NCBI RefSeq assembly: GCF_000010625.1
Contig: NC_010296.1
Location: 4,410,001-4,442,000 of the forward strand
Length of the DNA stretch: 32,000 nucleotides
Direction of reading: 5' to 3'
Source: Microcystis aeruginosa NIES-843
Lineage (GTDB): Bacteria; Cyanobacteriota; Cyanobacteriia; Cyanobacteriales; Microcystaceae
This document shows, in pieces, positions 25,185-32,000 of the stretch. Both the position numbers and the translations under genes were made by a program. The notes under the pieces are model-generated. The model made no database searches. It was given only the letters and a program-made list of their open reading frames with translations, and had not been told where the DNA came from. The stretch's first letter is position 1. Each line of letters opens with the position of its first letter.

Positions 25185-25802
25185 ATGAGCGATCCTCGTC
25201 TATCTCTAGTGGCAGCTGCCCGAAAATTTTATCAACTGGGTTGGATGCTTGGCACGGCGGGTAATTTATCCGCTAAAGTTGATGATCATAGTTTTTGGAT
25301 TACTGCCAGTGGCAAAAGTAAAGGTAAACTCACAGAACAGGATTTTGTGCGCGTGGAGCTGACGGGAAAAGTCAGAGAATTAGCTCATCGAGATAATCGT
25401 CCTTCGGCCGAAACTAGCATTCATCAGGTGATTTATTGTCTCTTTCCCCAAGCGCAAGCTTGTTATCATGTCCACTCAGTGGAAGCGAATTTAGTTTCCC
25501 GTTTTGCTCGCGGGGACAAGTTATCGTTACCTCCCTTAGAAATGTTGAAAGGTTTAGGTATTTGGGTAGAAAATCCTCAAGTATTTATGCCGGTTTTTGC
25601 TAACTATCTCGATGTGCCGAAAATTGCCGCAGAAATAGAAAGTAGATTCTCAACTTTCCCCCCGGAAATTCCCGCTTTACTGATTTCTTACCATGGTGTG
25701 ACGGTGTGGGGTGAGTCTCTAGAAACTACCGAGAATTATTTAGAGATAGTTGAGTATATTTTTCGCTATTTAGTGGCAGCCTATCAGGTAAAACCTTGTT
25801 AA
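25185..25802 (+). CDS. mtnB: Methylthioribulose-1-phosphate dehydratase (class II aldolase/adducin fold)
   Basis: GWMLGTAGNLSAK, FWITASGKSKGKLTEQDFVRV and HSVE motifs. ATG 25185 (MSDPRLS...) fits the family N-terminus better than the track start GTG 25119. Confidence 0.85.
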   Translation: MSDPRLSLVAAARKFYQLGWMLGTAGNLSAKVDDHSFWITASGKSKGKLTEQDFVRVELTGKVRELAHRDNRPSAETSIHQVIYCLFPQAQACYHVHSVEANLVSRFARGDKLSLPPLEMLKGLGIWVENPQVFMPVFANYLDVPKIAAEIESRFSTFPPEIPALLISYHGVTVWGESLETTENYLEIVEYIFRYLVAAYQVKPC

Positions 25803-25850
25803 ATTTTCATTTAGACAAGGTAATAAAAGAAAGACTGCCGACATTTACCA

Positions 25851-25921
<71 letters not shown>

Positions 25922-25936
25922 GATCAGGCAGTATTT

Positions 25937-25966
25937 ATCTTAGCATAACAGATGACAGTTTGCCAA
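25937..25966 (-). promoter_or_regulatory. Promoter candidate for tRNA-Cys
   Basis: On the minus strand: TTGGCA (25966-25961), 18 nt spacer, TAAGAT (25942-25937), about 15 nt upstream of the tRNA 5' end. Hexamer match only. Confidence 0.35.
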
Positions 25967-26055
25967 GAGTGGAACCCAAGAGTTGAGCGATCGATCTATA
26001 ATTTATGCAGCAGTTCTCTAATATAGTGGGGGATTTCAGGCTTAAAAAAGCTATT

Positions 26056-26391
26056 ATGATGAGAAATCAAAGATATTTACTAACTTTTATCGGTTTATTG
26101 GCTTTATCCTTGCCAGTACAGGCTAATAATGCCGTTTACCTTAGCCAAAGTTCTAATCCTGCCACGACTTTTGACAGTTATCGTCAAGAATGTTTACAAA
26201 GAGCGCGCGCAGAGGGATTAGCTGCTGATGTGGCCAAAGACCTATGCGACTGCACGATTAAAAAATTCCAAGCTCGTTACAATCTACAGCAATTCCGCAC
26301 CCTCGTGCAAAAGTCGAAAACCGATCAAGCTGCCGCTAGGACTTTAGCGAGTGTGGGAGAAGCTTGTTTTGATGAGATTTTCTATGAATAG
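26056..26391 (+). CDS. Small secreted Cys-containing protein (hypothetical)
   Basis: Signal peptide MMRNQRYLLTFIGLLALSLPVQA-NNA counted from ATG 26056. The mature part has 4 Cys. No family recognised. Confidence 0.6.
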   Translation: MMRNQRYLLTFIGLLALSLPVQANNAVYLSQSSNPATTFDSYRQECLQRARAEGLAADVAKDLCDCTIKKFQARYNLQQFRTLVQKSKTDQAAARTLASVGEACFDEIFYE

Positions 26392-26653
26392 CAGGGATGG
26401 GGTTTTTTTAGCTATCACCAAAAAAGCTCTCCCTGCTCCGCAGCTCTGGCGCTCATAGACAGTCTTAACAAGTAATTTAGATAGTCAACAGCTTATTTTG
26501 GAGTATCAAGACGATTATCAATGGCGATAATTTCTCTCTCAAATTCTTTAGGAATGCCTCTCGATTATTCATAATTTTATGTGTATTATTATCTATCTAA
26601 ATTCTTGGAGCTTGTTGCTGTATAATCGGAATGACTGACCCCGCTTTTGAACT

Positions 26654-27577
26654 ATGCCTATTCCAGATTTTCAATCGATTATGTTGCCGCTATTAAAAAT
26701 ACTTGCAGATGGCAAAGTTTATAAATATCGAGAAATTTTTGAAGCCTTGGTCAGAGAGTTTCAAGTCACGGAAGCGGAAAGAAAAGAAATGCTTCCCAGT
26801 GGACAACAAGAAATTTTTGCTAATCGAGTCGGTTGGGCAAAAACCTATTTAAAGAAAGCGGGATTAATTGACTCACCCCAAAGGGCAACTTTTGTAATTT
26901 CTGAGAAAGGAAAAGAAATCTTATCTCAAAATCTAGACCATATCGATACAAAATTTCTCAGGCAATTTCCTGAGTTTCAAGAATTTACTAGAGTCAATAA
27001 GCAAAATGAAACTATTACTCTTGAAAGCAATTTATTAGCTTCTGATCAAGAACAAAACCCAGAGGAATTACTAGAAAACTCCTATCAAGAAATTCGTCAA
27101 GCATTAGCGACAGACTTACTTTCTATTCTGCGAAAATTATCCCCAGATGCTTTTGAAAAATTAGTAGTAGAATTACTGGTAAAAATGGGTTATGGTGGCT
27201 CGATTAGAGATGCAGGTAAAGCAGTGGGTAAGAGCGGTGATCAAGGGATTGATGGAATAATAAAAGAAGATAGACTCGGTTTAGATATAATCTATATTCA
27301 AGCCAAAAGATGGGCTGATAATAATGCCGTTGGTCGTCCAGAAATCCAGAAATTTGTCGGGGCATTAGCGGGACAAGGAGCCAAAAAAGGTATTTTTATC
27401 ACTACTTCCTATTTTACCCAAGAGGCTTTAGAATATGCCCCCAGAAATGAGATAAAAATAGTGCTGATTGATGGGGAAGAATTAGGTCAATTGATGATCG
27501 ATTATAACTTAGGTGTATCGACCAAAGAAATCTATGAAATCAAGAGAATCGATCATGATTATTTTGGGGATGAATGA
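26654..27577 (+). CDS. mrr: Mrr-family type IV restriction endonuclease
   Basis: 307 aa. N-terminal Mrr_N winged helix (IPDFQSIMLPLLKILADGK...). C-terminal catalytic core FEKLVVELLVKMGYG...GDQGIDGII...IIYIQAKRW, the PD-(D/E)xK pattern of Mrr_cat. Confidence 0.88.
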   Translation: MPIPDFQSIMLPLLKILADGKVYKYREIFEALVREFQVTEAERKEMLPSGQQEIFANRVGWAKTYLKKAGLIDSPQRATFVISEKGKEILSQNLDHIDTKFLRQFPEFQEFTRVNKQNETITLESNLLASDQEQNPEELLENSYQEIRQALATDLLSILRKLSPDAFEKLVVELLVKMGYGGSIRDAGKAVGKSGDQGIDGIIKEDRLGLDIIYIQAKRWADNNAVGRPEIQKFVGALAGQGAKKGIFITTSYFTQEALEYAPRNEIKIVLIDGEELGQLMIDYNLGVSTKEIYEIKRIDHDYFGDE

Positions 27578-27652
27578 GAGAGAGGGGGGGACAAGGGTTA
27601 CAGAAAACGACGATGGCGTTAAAATAGATGGAAAAAATAGAGGATAAAAACT

Positions 27653-28234
27653 ATGGACGGGATGACCTTTTTTCAGAAAAGTGCGGGACAGTGGAAATCT
27701 CAGCGCACCACCCATCATTTACCCTTTCGACGAGCAGAAACTGGCGATTCCGAGATTTATGTGGAAGCTTTAAGCGCCGATAACCCGAAAATTATCGCTA
27801 TCTGTGAAATGCACGAAGTCGATCCCGCTAAGACTGTGGGGGGTGCCTTTGTCAGTTGGGATGGTTCAATGCAGTGGGACAAAGAAAACGAAAATCATCA
27901 AGGAACCACCGTTTTTGCGCTAATTCCCGATGAAGATAATCCCCAAGCTGGTGTTCTCCTGCGGGAGCGAGGTTATGCGGAAATCATTCCCGTGGCGGGC
28001 CGTTATCACATTGATGAACAGGAAGGTTTAGTCTTAATTACAGAATACGAAACTATGACCTCGATCGAGCGTTTTTGGTTTGCCGATACCGATTTACGTC
28101 TCCGCACTAGCACAGTTCAACGTTTTGGCGGTTTTAATACGGCCACTTTTTGTGCTGAATCCCGCAATCAGTCATCGGAGTCAGTCTCTAGTGATTCCCC
28201 CGAACCATCATCCTATTCGATTAGTGGCTGGTAA
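27653..28234 (+). CDS. cpcS: Phycobiliprotein chromophore lyase, CpcS/CpeS family
   Basis: 193 aa. The N-terminus FFQKSAGQWKSQRTTHHL is the family signature, followed by a lipocalin-like length. Subtype (S versus U) is not resolved. Confidence 0.8.
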   Translation: MDGMTFFQKSAGQWKSQRTTHHLPFRRAETGDSEIYVEALSADNPKIIAICEMHEVDPAKTVGGAFVSWDGSMQWDKENENHQGTTVFALIPDEDNPQAGVLLRERGYAEIIPVAGRYHIDEQEGLVLITEYETMTSIERFWFADTDLRLRTSTVQRFGGFNTATFCAESRNQSSESVSSDSPEPSSYSISGW

Positions 28235-28237
28235 ATT

Positions 28238-28275
28238 CAGTTATCAGTTATCAGTTATCAGTTATCAGTCATCAG
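28238..28275. repeat. (CAGTTAT)x4 plus a CAGTCAT variant, 3 nt after the cpcS stop
   Basis: Direct reading. Confidence 0.95.
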
Positions 28276-28443
28276 CTTTTTTCTCCCCTCTCCCTGCTCC
28301 GGCGCTCCGCAACACCCTGGATGGTAAGCAAGTTTTCTTAACAATTGTAAGAATTTTTAATATTTCTTTTCTAGTTGGCACTTACTCCCTTATCATTAGG
28401 AGGAAAGTTTTTTAAGCATTTCTAAGGATACGGAGGTTTACCC

Positions 28444-29196
28444 TTGGCCATTCCTCTTTTAAATTACGCCCCCAAGTCCCAAAACGTGCGGGTAGCTGGT
28501 TATGATGTCGGTGGAGACGAAAAACCGAAAGTTTACACGACGGAAAATGTCCTCTCCCCTACCGACCTGGACGATTTAATCGAAGCCGCTTACCGTCAGA
28601 TTTTCTTCCATGCCTTCAAATGGGATCGGGAACCCTTCCTCGAATCCCAATTACGCAATGGACAATTATCGGTGCGGGATTTCATTCGTGGTTTGCTGTT
28701 ATCGAAAACCTTCTATAACAGCTTCTACGAGAAAAACAGCAACTATCGCTTTGTCGAACAGGTAGTACAAAGAGTCCTCGGTCGCGATGTCTATAGCGAA
28801 AGAGAAAAAATTGCTTGGTCGATTGTCGTTGCCACCAAAGGCATTCAAGGTTTTGTTGATCAACTTCTCAACAGTGACGAGTATCTGCAAAGCTTTGGTT
28901 ATGATACCGTTCCCTACCAACGTCGTCGCACCCTGGCCAGCCGCGAAATCGGTGAACGTCCATTCAACATCACCTCGCCTCGCTACGATGGCTACTATCG
29001 CGGTATTTTGGGCTTCCCCCAAATCGTTTGGCAGAATGCTGTCCGTCGCTATGTTCCCCAAGAGCAAAAACCCAAAGCCGGCGATCCTTCCAGCTTCTTG
29101 GCTATGGCCCGGGGTCTCGGTAGCGCCAAAGGCAATCCTGTACCAAGAGTCTCCGCTATGAATATTAACATCGAGGCTTCTGTACCCCGTCGTTAA
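28444..29196 (+). CDS. cpcG: Phycobilisome rod-core linker polypeptide CpcG
   Basis: 250 aa. (M)[19 protein letters not shown]... and the PBS-linker domain [11 protein letters not shown]...[15 protein letters not shown]...[20 protein letters not shown]. The start is TTG 28444, with GGAGG (28433-28437) 6 nt upstream. Confidence 0.92.
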   Translation: MAIPLLNYAPKSQNVRVAGYDVGGDEKPKVYTTENVLSPTDLDDLIEAAYRQIFFHAFKWDREPFLESQLRNGQLSVRDFIRGLLLSKTFYNSFYEKNSNYRFVEQVVQRVLGRDVYSEREKIAWSIVVATKGIQGFVDQLLNSDEYLQSFGYDTVPYQRRRTLASREIGERPFNITSPRYDGYYRGILGFPQIVWQNAVRRYVPQEQKPKAGDPSSFLAMARGLGSAKGNPVPRVSAMNINIEASVPRR

Positions 29197-29285
29197 TTTT
29201 TAGCTAAACCTGCCGGGGAGAGTCCCTAATTGGCAGAATGACCCCCGAACCATAATCAGGTTATTCTGTGAATTGGTGGCTCTCC

Positions 29286-30356
29286 CTATGGGGTGGCTCC
29301 TGAAATAATCCCCCCACCGAGGACAATCTCCCCTTCATAAATCACGGCTGCTTGGCCCGGGGTGATGCTAAATTGTGGTTGATCAAAAACCAGCTTCACT
29401 TGATTATTTTCTAGGGGGATAACATTGACGGGAACGGCCGGAGAACGATAACGTACCTGTACTTGCGCGCGGATAGGGGTGGTGGGTTCGGCAATAGAAA
29501 CCCAGTTCATCCGTCCGACAAGACAAGCGGCACTAACGGCACTTTCGCGATTACCGACGATAACCCGATTCATGACGGGATCCAGTTTTACCACATACAG
29601 GGGTTCGGCGGCGGCGATGCCGATGCCTTTGCGTTGTCCGATCGTATAATGATGGATACCGCTATGTTTACCCAAAACTTTGCCATCAAGATCGACGATA
29701 TCGCCCTCACTAACGGCGATATACTTATCCAAGAACGATCGCATAGTTCCGTGAGCTTCAATCAAGCATAAATCCTGACTATCGGGTTTATCTGCTGTTT
29801 TTAAGCCGAATTCCTGGGCAATCCTGCGGGTTTCTGCCTTGGTTTGTTCGCCCAAGGGAAATAAAGTCCCACGCAGTACATCTTGAGTTAGATCATAGAG
29901 AAAATAGGATTGATCTTTATTTTGATCGACGGCGCGCAGCAGTTGATAACGGTTATTTTCAGGAGAAAAACGAATTCTAGCGTAGTGACCGGTGGCAATA
30001 GTATCCGTTTGCAAGGTTTCCCTAGCATAATGCAGCATCGGGCTAAATTTTACCGCTTTATTGCACTGAGAACAGGGCAGCGGTGTGATTCCCGCTTCGT
30101 AACCGGAAACTAGATAATCAATAATTTCTTTTTGGAAAAGCTCGCGACTATCGACGATATGATGGGGAACCCCCAACTGCTCACAAATAAAGGCCGCATC
30201 TACCATCCCCTCGGAGCAGCATTGACCTTTACCCTTCATTAACCACAGGGTCAAGCCAATAACATCATAACCTTGAGCGTGTAAGGCGGCAGCGGCAACA
30301 GAGCTATCTACTCCCCCCGATAGACCGACAACAACTTTTCCCATAAACCTTGTCAT
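29286..30356 (-). CDS. mnmA: tRNA 2-thiouridine(34) synthase MnmA
   Basis: 356 aa. PP-loop [10 protein letters not shown], a catalytic Cys region and the MnmA C-terminal barrel. The start may be ATG 30356 or the Met four codons downstream. Confidence 0.93.
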   Translation of the reverse strand: MTRFMGKVVVGLSGGVDSSVAAAALHAQGYDVIGLTLWLMKGKGQCCSEGMVDAAFICEQLGVPHHIVDSRELFQKEIIDYLVSGYEAGITPLPCSQCNKAVKFSPMLHYARETLQTDTIATGHYARIRFSPENNRYQLLRAVDQNKDQSYFLYDLTQDVLRGTLFPLGEQTKAETRRIAQEFGLKTADKPDSQDLCLIEAHGTMRSFLDKYIAVSEGDIVDLDGKVLGKHSGIHHYTIGQRKGIGIAAAEPLYVVKLDPVMNRVIVGNRESAVSAACLVGRMNWVSIAEPTTPIRAQVQVRYRSPAVPVNVIPLENNQVKLVFDQPQFSITPGQAAVIYEGEIVLGGGIISGATP

Positions 30357-30449
30357 GATTTTTAACCAATATACTTTCTAGACTAGCATCTCCTCCTTTA
30401 AAATTTGGACATGGTGTACCCAAATTTCGTGTGAGGACAAACCAGCACA

Positions 30450-31085
30450 ATGAGAACAAACCTACTGTTTTTCTCGGCTTTATTTTGGTTAAAAGTCGGG
30501 ATAATCGCTCAAGGAACGCTACTGCTAAAAGCAAACTTATCTTTTGCCCAGAATCTTTATCCCGGTCGTCGTTTGCCCCCACCGCCGGCGGTGAGACAAC
30601 CAACTAAACGTTCAGACAGTCCCAGTGCTGTTAATTGTTCCCAATGTTCACCCTTAAATTTACCCCCAGTTAATTCTCCATCAGTTCGCCCCCCGGTGGC
30701 TGCCCCAGTTTCTGGTAATCAACCCCTGAGAGAATACGTTTTTCAAGCTCCCGCTACCGTGCGTCCCGCCGATGCTACGGTGATTAATAATCATCCTCGT
30801 CCGACTGTCAATCCACCAGCACCCAGACCTCAAAATCGCGCCAATAAACCCCCCGCACCACAGCAGCGGGTTATTGCCGCTAATCAACTCTTTCGCGTGG
30901 AAGTTAGTAGTAATAGTGCGGAAGCGTTGGCAAAAATTCAAGAAATTGAACCCCTCGCATTTATCCGCGCGGGAGAAAATGTGATTCAAGCGGGGTTATT
31001 TCAGCAACAATACCAAGCTAAACAACGGGTACAAGAGTTAACTAAACAGGGTTTTAGCGCCCAGATTATTACCCTCAATAATTAG
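30450..31085 (+). CDS. Secreted Pro-rich protein with a C-terminal SPOR-like domain
   Basis: 211 aa. It has a signal peptide and a Pro-rich linker. The C-terminal 70 aa (FRVEVSSNSAEALAKIQEIEPLAFIRAGENVIQAGLFQQQYQAKQRVQELTKQGFSAQII) fit the SPOR pattern. The stop TAG (31083-31085) lies inside a MITE TIR. Confidence 0.6.
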   Translation: MRTNLLFFSALFWLKVGIIAQGTLLLKANLSFAQNLYPGRRLPPPPAVRQPTKRSDSPSAVNCSQCSPLNLPPVNSPSVRPPVAAPVSGNQPLREYVFQAPATVRPADATVINNHPRPTVNPPAPRPQNRANKPPAPQQRVIAANQLFRVEVSSNSAEALAKIQEIEPLAFIRAGENVIQAGLFQQQYQAKQRVQELTKQGFSAQIITLNN

Positions 31086-31252
31086 GGTATGCTGAAACAG
31101 TCTGTTGGTGGGGTGTAGGGTGTGGGGTGTAGGGTGTGGGGTGTAGGGTTTTATTCCCCCCCGTTCACTCCAATGGCTGACACTTTTTGATATCAAAAAA
31201 GTCTAAAATTTTTATCCAACAAGGTTTTTAGATTTATTCAGCAAACCCTAAT
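31081..31252. mobile_element. 172-bp MITE (ATTAGGGT family) flanked by a TA duplication
   Basis: TIRs ATTAGGGTATGCTGAA (31081-31096) and TTCAGCAAACCCTAAT (31237-31252). TA is present at 31079-31080 and 31253-31254. The interior has a GGGGTGT/AGGGTGT array and hairpin CTTTTTGAT-ATCAAAAAAG. Confidence 0.8.
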
Positions 31253-31401
31253 TATGCAATAATTCTCTAGAATTTCAGCTAATCTCGATCGAATCTCTTG
31301 CCTCTTGCCTATCCTAACCAAAAAGTTAATTTTACCCTATTAAGTAGTCGGACATAAATTCTGTTGTCTATCTTAAGAAATGTAAATTGCCGCAATTCTT
31401 A

Positions 31402-31437
31402 CTGACGACCGGCTCCTGACGACCGGCTACTGACTCC
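31402..31437. repeat. 14-nt (2 x 7) tandem repeat CTGACGACCGGCTN x2.5
   Basis: Direct reading: ctgacgaccggctc ctgacgaccggcta ctgactcc. Confidence 0.9.
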
Positions 31438-31476
31438 TTACCCCAGAGTTAACTTTACTTTTGTCCAACTACTTAC

Positions 31477-32000
31477 CTAGCACATAGAGTTAATTTTGTC
31501 AAGCAAAATTCTGACCGCATCGATGATCACATCTGGTTGATCCATCCAGACAAAATGACTACTTTTATCCGCTTGTATTTCCCTAAAATCTCTGGATAAC
31601 TTGCCTAATTCTAGGTGCATCTCCTCCCGGAGTCGGTTGGCACTTTTGAGGGGAATAAAGCGAGTCCAAAGGGAAGGTTTAAAAAAAGAATTAGCTTTAA
31701 TACTAACTATCGGTAAATTACCGAAATTGTTAGCCTCACTCACCTGACGAGCGCTTTGGTCGAGATTAAACATTTCTCTACTCATCGTCATCCAGTGTTT
31801 AGCGCGACAGAAAGAACGCTTAACTCGATGACAAGAATCTGGGGAAAAGCGACGTAATTCTGGTTTTAATAATTCAAAAACTCCCAGAACTCTCAAAACT
31901 CGGATAATGCCTAAAATTGAGCCAATAATCGACATCCAAAATCCGGAGATGAAAAATAATTTTAATGCCTTTAATGCTGGCGACATTTTCAGCATTCCTT
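31477..32000 (-). CDS. Alpha/beta-hydrolase-fold protein, C-terminal part; the gene probably starts beyond the window
   Basis: The C-terminal EIQADKSSHFVWMDQPDVIIDAVRILL fits the catalytic-His region of alpha/beta hydrolases. The frame is still open at base 32000 and no nucleophile-elbow motif is visible, so the listed Met at 31995 is probably internal. Confidence 0.55.
   Translation of the reverse strand, partial: GMLKMSPALKALKLFFISGFWMSIIGSILGIIRVLRVLGVFELLKPELRRFSPDSCHRVKRSFCRAKHWMTMSREMFNLDQSARQVSEANNFGNLPIVSIKANSFFKPSLWTRFIPLKSANRLREEMHLELGKLSRDFREIQADKSSHFVWMDQPDVIIDAVRILLDKINSMC

Noticed and set aside
26427-28307. Direct repeat CTCTCCCTGCTCCG..GCGCTC at 26427-26454 and 28288-28307, considered as boundaries of an mrr-cpcS island
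   Set aside because: By my estimate, one or two exact 14-mer matches are expected by chance in 32 kb. The bracketed segment also includes the core gene cpcS. More likely a dispersed short motif or coincidence.
28080-28415. 111-codon ORF spanning the cpcS 3' end and the spacer
   Set aside because: It reads through the (CAGTTAT)n array and overlaps cpcS in another frame. No support.
30304-30603. 99-codon minus-strand ORF across the mnmA/SPOR-gene divergent spacer
   Set aside because: It overlaps the 5' ends of both well-supported genes and has no recognisable features.

Overview
This looks like a cyanobacterial chromosomal segment. HIP1 (GCGATCGC) sites are dense and the phycobilisome genes cpcG and cpcS are present. 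Nearly every intergenic spacer holds tandem heptamer repeats and small MITEs, a style I associate with Microcystis; that assignment is inference and was not checked. I support about 30 CDSs, 2 tRNAs (Phe-GAA, Cys-GCA), at least 5 MITE-like elements and many heptamer arrays. I found no CRISPR array, rRNA or intact IS/transposase. Housekeeping content: ubiX, ilvN, an FHA-fused class A PBP, pgsA, a delta-6-type desaturase, gyrB, mtnB, mnmA, cpcS, cpcG. Accessory content: an RTX repeat protein, a MITE-disrupted brnT/brnA-like locus, a TM0106-type RecB-like nuclease and an Mrr restriction enzyme. The main candidate for an undescribed system is a co-oriented five-gene cluster at 9886-17257. It encodes a sigma-70/HetZ-like regulator, a DUF1822 (PatU-like) protein and a transmembrane protein with a cytoplasmic CHAT (HetF-type caspase-like) protease joined to a periplasmic TPR plus type I solute-binding domain. 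It also encodes a PspA/IM30-like protein and a membrane-anchored paralogue of the binding domain. I read it as a possible ligand-gated proteolytic switch or conflict module. All family assignments come from motifs read by eye; no HMM or database search was run.
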